The translations under genes were made by a program, and so were the position numbers. DNA of 64,000 bases, from contig JAIVFI010000002.1 in the NCBI GenBank assembly GCA_025558095.1, positions 1-64,000 on the forward strand, read 5' to 3'. The stretch comes from Hyaloraphidium curvatum SAG 235-1 (Eukaryota; Fungi; Monoblepharomycota). Below are positions 1 through 9,659 of the stretch, piece after piece; positions within the stretch are counted from its first letter, which is position 1, and each line of letters starts with the position of its first letter. The notes under the pieces were generated by a model. That model was not told the origin of the DNA. It saw only the letters and a program-made list of their open reading frames with translations, and searched no databases.

Positions 1-376
1 CGAGCCCACGCGAGGCGAGAAATCAATCGAAGGGAATCGCAGGACAGATGATGGAAGCTTCGTGGGCCAGCTGCCATGGGATAGAGTCTGCCATCCCTCA
101 GCGTCCACCCGCGGCTTTCCCAATTGTGAACGCGCGACCTCTGCGGCCCGTCCAGCTGGGGAAGTGCCAACGAACGATCGCGACTAGAAGCCGTCAATCG
201 TCCTCAGTGGTTGTCGACCTCTGATGGAGACCTACCCCAGGGACGATCGACCGGAGCGCGGCGAAGCGGTCCTCAGGGTCCGCGTCCGACTTCTCGGCCC
301 TCTCCCCATACTGATCCCGGCCGCCCAGTGCCGTGCCGGTCTTTCAAACCACCTTCCGACCGACGCAGTTTCCTTG

Positions 377-2123
377 ATGAGCGCCCCGAGAGACGAGCGC
401 CCGCCCTCGCCCTCCCCGCGGCTGCTGGCCGGGGAGACGGTGCTTGCCAGCGACCCGGCCGAGGAGCCCGAGCGGCTGCCGATCGTGCTGCTCCACGGCA
501 TGCGGCTCACCGGCACGCAGTTCCGCCCGGTGCTGCGCGCCCGCGAGTTCGGGCCGGTGCTCGCCGGCGGCCACGACGTCGCGACGCCCGACATCCCCGG
601 CCACGGGCGGTCCGCACAGCTCGACTACTCGGTCGAGCGCACCGCACGCGTCGTGGCCGAGGCGCTCGGCGAGTCCTACGGCGACAAGGAGTGGGAGGCG
701 GAGAAGGAGCGGTGGGGCAAGGAGCTGAACCCGTTCCGCCCGTACGCGGGGAGGAAGTCGCCCGGCCCCGAGCGGGCGAGCACGCTGGGCCGCAAGCGGT
801 CGGCCGACGGCATCTCTACTTCATCGGGCTCCTCGGCCGCGTCGACCGCGATCGCCTCGATCACCGAGCGCGTGCGCAGCCTCTCGCGCTCGCTGCCCCG
901 CGGCGCCTCCTTCTCCTCGCTGCTGCGCTCCGCCGCCGACGCCGCCGACGCCCCCCGGCCCGAATCCACTCCCCCGCCGGCCACCCTCCCCGCCGTCCTG
1001 ATCCCCGGCCTCGCGGTCCGCGCCGCCACCGAGGACGACCCCCTCCTGGCGCAGGAATCCTTCGCCGCCGAGCTCGCCTCGCTCGACCCCCCGCCCCCCC
1101 GCGGCCCGCGACGGCACGTCCTCGCCGGCACCTCCCTGGGCTCCTTCATGGCCCTCGCCTCGGCCTTCCTCCGCCCCGACGCCGTCGCCGGCCTCGTGCT
1201 GATGAACGGCGGGTTCAACCCCACCTACCCGCTGTCGTTCCCGTACCTGGCCTTCACCACGCTGATGTCGACGTGGTCCGACGCGGGGTACATCCGGAAG
1301 CTGTACGACCGCGGGCTCGAGGGGTACGTGGACAAGGGCCGCACGCGGGAGGAGGTCGAGGGGGTGATGGAGGGCGGGAGCTTCTTCAAGGGCGCGGGCG
1401 AGGCCGTGTCGCGGGGGGTGCTGGGCTGGGACTACGTGGCCATGGCCGCCGCGTTCGTCGAGAAGGTAGGTCGGCGGTGTAGCCGACGCGCACCCGCCAC
1501 AAACCCCGCCAGAGCTGACCTGCGCCCCCGTCTCCCTTCTTCGGTGTCAGACGAAGCACCTCTACCCCCAGACCGCCACCCCCACCGGCCGACCCCCCCG
1601 CAAGCTCCGCATCCTCCTCATGAACGGCGCCAACGACGCCCTCTTCCTCATGCACGAGCCCGCGTATGTCCGCGCCCTCTCCGCGCCGCACACGCTCGTC
1701 TCGGCCGTCCGGATCCCCAACTCGGGCCACCTCTCCTTCCTGGACAACCCGCCGTTCGTCGCGGGGGCGCTGGCGAGGTTCGTCGCGCGGGTGCAGGAGG
1801 AGGAGGAGGCCGGGTGCCTGATCGCGCGGGACGGCGACGGGGAGGAGCTGCGCGAGGTCAGGGGGGAGGGCGCGAAACCCCCCTCTGGCGCCGCTGTAAC
1901 GCAGGGGGACAAGAACTCCCCGGGGATGGGCACGCTCCGCAGGAAGCTGGAGAAGGAGGAGAGCGAGGCGGCCGAGGCGGCCGCGGGGGCGGGCAAGGCG
2001 GTGTGGGGCAGGGAGTGGGGGGACAAGCTGAGGGGGTGGTTGGGGTTGCCGATGTCGGGGGCCGCGGGAGGATCGGTGGGGCTAGGGGCGGTGCCGGAGG
2101 GGAAGGAGGTTGGGCAGGTGTAG
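377..2123 (+). CDS. Alpha/beta hydrolase fold protein (2 exons: 377-1465, 1551-2123)
   Basis: IVLLHG oxyanion motif, DIPGHGRS, nucleophile elbow GTSLG, then NGAND (acid) and NSGHLS (His) in exon 2. The GT-AG intron 1466-1550 with a CTGAC branch point joins the two ORF frames. Confidence 0.8.
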
Positions 2124-2353
2124 GGTCAATGATGGTGAAAATCCTCGACTATTTCCCAACGTACCGCCAATAGTGCGGCTTCCCGCGACTTTCACCCCGG
2201 AGACGATCGCACTCGCGGTGGTGATCGGGTTAGACGCGACGTTTGGTGCGTGAACGGTGCTGGCATCTGCGTCCAAGAACATGGCGATGCACATGTTTTA
2301 TTATATCAATGTTTTCGCACACTCCACACTGTTGAACAGCTTGATCAGCTTCA

Positions 2354-3748
2354 TCACGCCACCAGCAGCGCCGCGGTGGCCGCCAGCAGTCCCACGAGCA
2401 GCCCCGCTGCGGACCTGCTGCCGGCGCCCGAGGGGCGGGAGGAGGTGCTGATCGGGAGGGAAGACGTGCTGGTCGCGGCGGCCGCCGACGCCGACGTCGT
2501 GCGTGCGACCGCGGTTGTGGTCGCGGTTGCCGTCGTCCGCGTCTCCGTGCGCGTGGTGCTGGCGGTGTTGACGGTCTCGGGCAAGCCCGGGTCGGTCTCT
2601 GGCGCGTCGGCACCCACGCAGTAGTTCAGCCCCTCGGGGGTCTGCTGTGCCTGAGACGGGATCGGGCAGCTCTGCCCGTCCGGCGAGACGTAGACGATCA
2701 CGGCATACCCAGCGTTGCCCCCGCCGAGGAAGCTTTCCTCTTTGCCGCCGACGCCCCCGGCGCCGGCGCCGCTGGGCAGCACTGCGGAGCCAGTGGGTGC
2801 GAAGGAGCATGCACCCTGCCCCTGCTGCGCAGAGCCCTCCTGGTAGTTCGGCGTCGACGGCGAGGGCTCCGACCGCGGGGGCCCGCCGGCGGAGCCCGAG
2901 GACCCGCCGATGCCACCATACATGTATGACTGGCCGCCCGAGGCGCCGTTGTAGAGCGGCTGCGCAGGGGAGCCGCCACCCGAGCCGTACCCGCCGCCAT
3001 TGCCAGCCTGGCACGCGGCCTGCGAGCCCGAAGCGCCCTGCCCGCCGGCGCCGCCGCAGATCGTCCCGGCCTGCTCGCCGTCGCCACCGTCGTACTGCGA
3101 TCCGGCCGCGGCCGCCCCGCCTGCGTTGCCCGCCCGGCCCGACCCGGCCTGCTCGCCGCCGCCGCCGCCCGACGTGTCCGTGGACGTGCCCAGCGAGGCG
3201 CCGCCCCCGCCGCCGCCGTACGCACCCGCGCCGCCGCCACCGCCGCCGAAGTAGCAGATCAGCGCGTTGCCGACGTCCTTGCCGCCGGTCACGCAGTACG
3301 GGTTGCCCGCGCCGCCGCCGCCGCCGACGGTCACGGTGATGGGTGCGCCGGCCGGCAGCTGCACGCCGGTGAAGCTGGCGACGGCGCCGGCGTACCCCGA
3401 CCAGCTGGACCCCGCCAGCCCGTTGATGTACCCGCCGTGGCCGCCGGGCGCGAAGAGGTGCGTGCTGTCAAAGTCGATCGCGGTCGAGCCGCCGCCGCCG
3501 CCGCGGCCGTTCTCGGCCGAGCCGCCGCCGCCGCCGCCGGCGAGCACGACGTCGACGGTGAGCGGCGCGGAGAGCGTGAACGTCGCGCGCGTGGCGATGT
3601 TGGCGACGCACAGCAGCGCCGGCGGCGGCTGCGTGGAGTTGGCCGGCGCCTGGCGGGCCGCGAGTGGGAGCGCCGAGGAGAGGGGGAGCGAGACCGCCGC
3701 GACGAGCGCGAGCGACAGCGCGGGGATGCACGAGCGTCGGCGAGTCAT
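2354..3748 (-). CDS. Secreted glycine-rich protein with Ser/Thr stalk and probable GPI-anchor signal
   Basis: Signal peptide (MTRRRSCIPALSLALVAAVSLPLSSA), VDVVLAGGGGGG and ITVTVGGGGG strands, repeated polyglycine runs, GGNAGYAVIVY, a Thr/Ser-rich stalk and a hydrophobic C-terminus (AAGLLVGLLAATAALLVA). Paralog of 4161-5312. Confidence 0.8.
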   Translation of the reverse strand: MTRRRSCIPALSLALVAAVSLPLSSALPLAARQAPANSTQPPPALLCVANIATRATFTLSAPLTVDVVLAGGGGGGSAENGRGGGGGSTAIDFDSTHLFAPGGHGGYINGLAGSSWSGYAGAVASFTGVQLPAGAPITVTVGGGGGAGNPYCVTGGKDVGNALICYFGGGGGGAGAYGGGGGGASLGTSTDTSGGGGGEQAGSGRAGNAGGAAAAGSQYDGGDGEQAGTICGGAGGQGASGSQAACQAGNGGGYGSGGGSPAQPLYNGASGGQSYMYGGIGGSSGSAGGPPRSEPSPSTPNYQEGSAQQGQGACSFAPTGSAVLPSGAGAGGVGGKEESFLGGGNAGYAVIVYVSPDGQSCPIPSQAQQTPEGLNYCVGADAPETDPGLPETVNTASTTRTETRTTATATTTAVARTTSASAAAATSTSSLPISTSSRPSGAGSRSAAGLLVGLLAATAALLVA

Positions 3749-4160
3749 TGCTGTATGTCTTGCGGGCTTGTGTCTCGTGTGCAAAAGTGCCGAGTGCCGC
3801 CGCGCAGGGGTTGCTTATGAATCGCGAGAATGCAGCGTTCTTGGGAAAGTCCTGGGGCTCAGCCCCTGGACCCGTCGAAAGCGCACAGCAAGTGAGGACA
3901 CACCGGTAGGGGGCCCATCCGCGGCACTACGGCACTACCAGCTCCGGGATCCGAGGGCTAAATGTGTATAGATGGCTCTCCGGGGCGGGCTCGGGCGCGC
4001 AAGGCCGATGCTCGGCCCCGAGGCGAGGTGGATGCTAGCATCTATGGACCCAGCTAAGCCCCGACATGGAACCGCAAGAATTTCGCAACCGAACCTCGCA
4101 AGATCTCCACGCACGGCATATAAACAGCGCCCGCCAGAACCCGCCGCAGCATCATCAAAC

Positions 4161-5312
4161 ATGCGACGACCCTCCTTCCCCGCTCTCGCCCTCGCCGCCG
4201 CGCTCGCCGCGTCGGCGCCCGCCGCGCAGGCCCAGCAGGCGCCCGCGCTGCGCTGCGTCGCCAACATAGCGACCCAAGTCAACTTCACACTCTCCACCGC
4301 GATCGCCGTCGACGCCATTCTCGTCGGCGGGGGCGGCGGCGGCTCGGGATACAACGGCCGCGGGGGCGGGGGCGGCTCCTCGGCCATCGACTTTGGCACC
4401 ACGCACGTCTATGCCGCTGGCGGCCACGGCGGATACTCGTCCGGCGACGGGCTGAACTACTGGAACGGCTACCCCGGGCAGCTGGTCCAGGTCGCCGGGC
4501 TCAAGATCCCCGCCGGCGTGCCCGTGACCATCACCGTCGGGGGTGGCGGCGGCGCCGGGAACGACTACTGCCAGAGCACGCTGCAGAAGGGCGACCCGTG
4601 CCCGCAGGGCGGCGGCGGCGGCGGTGCGGGTGCGTACGGTGGCGGCGGCGGCGCTTCGGACGGCGGGTCGGACTCGGGCGGCGGCGGTGGCGAGGCGGGC
4701 GGCGCACGGCAGGGCGGCAACGCCGGCGGCGAGGGCAACGCCGGCTCGCAGTGGGCCGGGGGCAAGGGCCAGGGCACCAGCTCGGGCAACTGCAACCAGG
4801 CGCTCAACAACCAGGGCCAGAACCAGGTCTCCAACTGCGGCGGCGACGGAGGCGCCTTCTTCCTCGGCTCGCAGCTCGCCACCACCGCCGGCTCTGGCGG
4901 CGGCTTCGGCTCGGGCGGTGGCAGCTCGGCCTACCAGTACCACGACGGGGGGGCCTACTTCCCCCTAGGAGGCACGGGCGGCAGCAACGGCGGCGCCGGC
5001 GGGCCCAGCCGCACGGGCACCCCGAACTCGGCCAACTACGCCACGGGCCCCGACCTGGCCGGTGCCGGCGCCTGCTCGTTTCCCCCCGGGATTGGCGGCG
5101 CGGTGCCGTCGGCCGCTGGCCGGGGTGGCTCGGGCGCTAACCCCGGCTTGGGCGGGCTGGGAGGCGTAAGCGAGGAGGAAGGCTCCGGCACCGTCTCGGG
5201 GGGCAATGCGGGCTACGTGGCGCTCTCGTACGCGAGTCCCGACGGGGTAAGCTGCCCGATCCCGTCCCAGGCGCAGCCGGCGGGCGTGGGCGGCAATTAC
5301 TGCGTGTTCTGA
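4161..5312 (+). CDS. Secreted glycine-rich protein (paralog of 2354-3748, without stalk or GPI signal)
   Basis: Signal peptide MRRPSFPALALAAALAASA. Shares CVANIAT, SxAIDFxxTH, ITVGGGGGAGN, GGNAGY, SPDGxSCPIPSQAQ and NYCV with the divergent neighbour. Confidence 0.8.
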   Translation: MRRPSFPALALAAALAASAPAAQAQQAPALRCVANIATQVNFTLSTAIAVDAILVGGGGGGSGYNGRGGGGGSSAIDFGTTHVYAAGGHGGYSSGDGLNYWNGYPGQLVQVAGLKIPAGVPVTITVGGGGGAGNDYCQSTLQKGDPCPQGGGGGGAGAYGGGGGASDGGSDSGGGGGEAGGARQGGNAGGEGNAGSQWAGGKGQGTSSGNCNQALNNQGQNQVSNCGGDGGAFFLGSQLATTAGSGGGFGSGGGSSAYQYHDGGAYFPLGGTGGSNGGAGGPSRTGTPNSANYATGPDLAGAGACSFPPGIGGAVPSAAGRGGSGANPGLGGLGGVSEEEGSGTVSGGNAGYVALSYASPDGVSCPIPSQAQPAGVGGNYCVF

Positions 5313-6269
5313 GCCGGTAGCAACCAACGTCGGGCATCTCCGTCGAGCGGGTGTATCTGCTACGACAGCTATACGTGTGGGATTATGTTTTTGGTCAGCA
5401 GAGTGCTGACGCCAGTCTCCGCATCTGCTGCGCCCAGTCCACGTTGAGTCGCAGTGCGAGAGGATGTGGGAGATGCTGGAGATGCTAGAGACGGCGGCGG
5501 CGGAGAAGCTCAAAAGAAGGGAGGATGGGCAACGCGAGACCCGATGAAGGCGCAACGTGGGCGAAAACTCATGCAACCACCCGGCCCAAAGTGCTTCTGC
5601 ACATGGGTGCTGCAAGTGTGCAAGGCGGCTCTACGAGTTTCGGACTGAAATCCGGGGGCCGCTCGGAGGCGGCGGAGGCGGTGGGACGCGGCTCTTTCCC
5701 CGTTCACGCCGGGTTCGGGACAAAGCTTTCGGGCGGGCGATCACCCGGTAGCACCCACAAGGGTCGCTTTCCCCTGAGCCTTCGGCCGCAGGCGAGAAAT
5801 CCCAGACGTTCTCGGACGATAATACACACTGGAGCCCAACACGACGATTCCCAGAACCGGTTCTCGGAATCGGGTCCTCCGGAGGCCTGTAAAAGCAGGC
5901 CATTCGTGTAGTCGAAAAACCACCGCAGTCAGTCGTCACTGAGCCCACTGAAGGGCAGTCCGCAGCCGACACTCAAGTCCGTGAGCAAGGTTTGTGTACG
6001 TCGCCACCGGCGCGTCTCCCGTCTTGCCCGCGCTAGCTGTCACTTACCGCACGGGGTCTTTTCTTCAATGCGGCTTCGGCCGCAGGCGTGAAGGTCCGTC
6101 CTGCAGGGCAAGGGGGAAAGGTGCTCCCGATCCGGAAGTGAAGGAAGGTCCCGAATCCCTGAATAACACCGGAGGCGGTCGAACGCAGGGACGGACGTCA
6201 AGCCGAGTTGACATTAGCGAGCCGAGTGCGGACGAAAGGGACTCGGCGGACCGCGCAAGGAAACGGTCT

Positions 6270-6308
6270 GATCACGCCCGAGACTCTCGATTCCAACTCG
6301 CCGCCGGC
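6270..6308 (+). repeat. Left copy of a 39-bp imperfect inverted repeat (exact 18-bp core 6280-6297)
   Basis: GAGACTCTCGATTCCAAC is the exact reverse complement of 8133-8150; 32/39 identity when extended. Confidence 0.75.
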
Positions 6309-6515
6309 GCCGCACTGCGGCCCCGGCAGGCAACGATGTACACATGTGGTATTGGGACGCAAGGCGTCCGACAAAGAGACGGAGGGAGACGGAGGGCGAC
6401 GGGGCGCCGACAGAGGCGGAGACGTCCGTGATCGCGCGGCCGGGGCCGGGCGGAGAGGGGAACAAAGGAGAAGGAGGAGGGGGGGCATTGTGTCCGAGTT
6501 CGGAGGGTGACGGAA

Positions 6516-7454
6516 TCACGCCCGTTGCGCGATCGGGGGACCGCGGCGGAACCGGGGCGCCCGCCGCGTGGTCTTTGCGCGCTTGGTGGTCTTCCTCCGC
6601 GACGTGGTCCTCCTCCTCGTGGTTGTTTTCCTCTTCCGCGACGACGGCGAGTACTGCTCTACCACCTGGTCGAGCCACGAGCTCGCCGACGACAGCCGCG
6701 AGAAGTAGCCCTCGCGGGAACAGTCCTGCTCTGCCGTCGCCGAGACCACCCCGACCTGCACCCACCCCGTGCCCCTCCGGACCAGCAAGGGGCCACCGGA
6801 GTCGCCGTAGCACGGGCCCAGCCGGGGGGCACCGGCGCAGATAAGGTGCCACGACGAGCAGCGCGCGATCACGGGCAGGTCGGCCTCCTTGGGCGCGAGC
6901 TCGGACAGCCTGCCGGTGCCGGTTTCGCCCCAGCCGACGATCCGTGCGGTCAGACCCGGGGTGGGGGTCACCTCGTCGTGGTTGTAGGGCACCACAACGG
7001 GGTCGTAGGGCCCAAAACGCACAGGAGGCCCGAGCACGATTACTGAAACGTCCATGTTATCGATGTTGGCCAGGATAGCGGTGACGTTGTAGGCGATGCC
7101 GCCCTCCTTCGAATCGAGCAGGTTGCGACGGTGCGTTTCGATGCGCCAGGCCGCGGGGTTCGGTTCGGAAGCGGTGCAGTGCGCGGCTGTCAAGGCGAGG
7201 TTCGGGGCGACCAGCGATGCGCCGCAGTAGGCGCGGTCGCCTCTCAGGAGAATGGCGAGGAAGGGATAGGGGGCGGCGGGCCGGCCGCCGACGACGTTGG
7301 GCGCGAGGCTCGGCGCGAGGTCGTTGGGCGGCACCGGCACGCCCGACAGCGGGGCGACCGCGAGCGGGGCCGCGGGGCCCAGCGCACCCGCCGGGCGGCA
7401 CAGGAGGGGCAGCAGCGCGAGTGCCGCTGCGAGCCGCGCCCGCGCCCGGCGCAT
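6516..7454 (-). CDS. Secreted S1 (trypsin/chymotrypsin-fold) serine protease with Arg/Thr-rich basic tail
   Basis: Signal peptide, mature N-terminus VVGG, CGASL, TAAHC (His), DVSVI (Asp) and GDSGGPL (Ser). GPCYGDSGG lacks the trypsin S1-pocket Asp. Confidence 0.9.
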   Translation of the reverse strand: MRRARARLAAALALLPLLCRPAGALGPAAPLAVAPLSGVPVPPNDLAPSLAPNVVGGRPAAPYPFLAILLRGDRAYCGASLVAPNLALTAAHCTASEPNPAAWRIETHRRNLLDSKEGGIAYNVTAILANIDNMDVSVIVLGPPVRFGPYDPVVVPYNHDEVTPTPGLTARIVGWGETGTGRLSELAPKEADLPVIARCSSWHLICAGAPRLGPCYGDSGGPLLVRRGTGWVQVGVVSATAEQDCSREGYFSRLSSASSWLDQVVEQYSPSSRKRKTTTRRRTTSRRKTTKRAKTTRRAPRFRRGPPIAQRA

Positions 7455-8121
7455 CTCTGTGCGATTGGCCAGGGGGACGGCGGTCGGTCGGCCGGGGGTC
7501 CAGATGCCCTTGCGCGCGCCCAAACCGGAGGGAAACACGCCCACAACACCGCTCGCAGGAGGGCTGCTCGGCGGCCGATCTCGGGCACTCGGCACGCAGG
7601 GGAGCACGGCAGGGCTTCCCGCCCGCTGGTGCCGCCGGCTGAGGGGGATCCGGGCAGGTGCGGCGGTTGCGGCCGTCGGTTCCAGCCGGCCAGCTCCTTT
7701 TTGGCGTTCTCGATTTGGTTGATTGCCTCCCCCCGGCAGAACCTGCCCCCCCGGAAACCCGATTGCCGTGCACGCCGTGCTCGTAAGACGTCTTCGGAGC
7801 TCCGATCGCCCCGTTTCGCGCGGCCGCCGGGGGTCCCCATGCGCAAAACGGGTCCGGACCGCGATCCCCCTTTCCCGCCTTGCCGCCGCCACTCCCGGGC
7901 GCCATGCTGTCCGATGTCCCCTCGCAGCCCTGCGGCACGAGGGCGAAAGGAATGGTAACCCTCGGCGAGCAGGAGGCGGATTGGGCGGGTGCATCTGCAC
8001 TTTGTGCCACTTTAAGGCACAGGAACGAGGGAGACAAGGGCATGTGACAGGCAACGGCCGTCGTCCCTGCGCCAGGGATGTAAGCGGCAGGCACGAGGGC
8101 TATATTTCGGAATTGTCTGCA

Positions 8122-8160
8122 GCCTGCGACCCGTTGGAATCGAGAGTCTCTGGCGCGGTC
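8122..8160 (-). repeat. Right copy of the 39-bp imperfect inverted repeat (exact 18-bp core 8133-8150)
   Basis: GTTGGAATCGAGAGTCTC is the reverse complement of 6280-6297. Confidence 0.75.
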
Positions 8161-8323
8161 CCTTCCTGGCTGTTCCGGGTCCTCCCCGTCTCCGCCGTGT
8201 CTGCCTCGGATGGCAGGGCATTCCACTACCAACGCGTCGTCAGGTCAGTTACGGTGCAGTCAGTGCGATCGTCGGGCTCCCGACGTCCAGGTTCGAGTCA
8301 CCAACCGAACCACACACACCAAC

Positions 8324-9637
8324 ATGGCCCCCTCCGCCCCGCTCCTCGGCCTCACTCACCCCATCGTCCTCGCCCCCATGGGCGGAATCGCCACCGGCCT
8401 CCTCGCCGGCCGCGTCGCCCGCGCCGGAGGCCTCGGGCTGATATCCGCGGGCGGTGCGTGGCGCGCCGCGAGGGTGACGTGGCATCCGGTGACCGGCGCT
8501 GCAGCGTCCTACACGGCGGAATGGTACCTTTCCGAGCTCGACGTCGCGGAGCGGGAGATGGGAGGCAAGGAGGAAGGGGCGCTGGGCGTGGGCTTCATCA
8601 CCTGGTGGGCGCCGACCCGGTCCGAGGCGACGCAGCCTCTGACCCGCTCCCACAGGGTGCTTCTGGCGCTCCCCGTGGAGAGGCGCGCCCGGCTGCTCGA
8701 ATCCGTCCTCTCCCGACCGAGCGTGCGCGCCGTCCATCTTTCTTTCGGCGACCACACCCCCCTGATCGCCGCGATCCGCTCCCTGCGGCCCGACGTCGTC
8801 GTGATGCACCAGCTCCACTCCCCGCGCGAGGCTCTCGTTTCCCTGCGCGCCGGGTTGGCGGATGCGATCGTCGTTCAGGGCACCGAGGCGGGCGGGCACG
8901 GGAGGGGAGGGGGCAAGGGGGTCGGGTTGATGGTGCTGCTCCCCGAGGTCGTGAGGGAGGTGAGGAGGTGGGAGAAGGAGGAGGGCGGGAGGAGGAGGGT
9001 ACCGGTGCTTGCGGCGGTGGGATCGCCTCGGATTCCTGTGGCTCTGTTTTGGAGCTGACCGAAATACGCTCGTGCTGCCACAGGGGGGAATCTCCACCGG
9101 CGCCCAAGTCGCCGCATGCCTCCGCCTCGGCGCCGACGGCTGGTCGATCGGCACGCGGTTCATGGCCTGCCGCGAGTCCCCCCCTGCGCGAGGCGTGGAA
9201 GGCGCGGATCGCCGCGGCGGGGTCGTCGGAGGAGACGGTGCGGACGCTGCTGTACGATCGGACGAGGGCCGGGGGCAGGGAGCAGGGGTGGGAGATGCTC
9301 GGGTATGTTGCGCGGCAGCGGGACCTCGTGCGGCGATGCTGATCGTTCGCGCAACAGCTACGACGGGCGCGTGATGCACAACGACCTTACCATCGCGTAC
9401 GAGTCGCCCGACGCCTCCGACGCCGACCGCGCCTCCCTCGTGCGCCACGTCGAAGAACGCGGTGGGCAGTTCCAGCTTCCCGACGACGAAGGCGCGCTCT
9501 GGGCTGGCGCGGGGATCGGGCTCATCGAAGGAAACGAGACGGTGGAACAGGCGATGCGAGACCTGGTGGACGGGGCGGTCGGGGCGCTGAAGGGGGCTTC
9601 GGATCTCGTTCCGCCCGTGCTGTTTTCGAAGATGTAG
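8324..9637 (+). CDS. Nitronate monooxygenase / 2-nitropropane dioxygenase family (5 exons; apparent +1 frameshift in C-run 9178-9184)
   Basis: PIVLAPMGG, AGGLGLI, VGFITW, DAIVVQGTEAGGHG, VLAAGGI..LGADG..IGTRF, LWAGAGIGLI. Introns 8454-8504, 8605-8655, 9017-9083, 9303-9357. C-terminal SKM is PTS1-like. Confidence 0.85.
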
Positions 9638-9659
9638 GATTCCTCAATTCCGCTGTGCC

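Noticed and set aside
2700-5200. (GCC)n/(GGC)n tracts as microsatellite or CRISPR-like arrays
   Set aside because: They are polyglycine codons within two CDSs, with no repeat-spacer structure.
5884-5912. Hairpin followed by GTAG-T resembling a Helitron 3' end
   Set aside because: The terminus is GTAG, not CTRR, and no matching 5' end or Rep/helicase is visible.
5631-6488. Possible degraded multi-exon gene on the minus strand (strong GTAAGT donor near 6046)
   Set aside because: I could not assemble a coherent spliced ORF or recognise any motif.
8240-8310. GGTTCGAGTC resembling a tRNA T-loop / B-box
   Set aside because: The flanking bases do not form a T-stem or cloverleaf.
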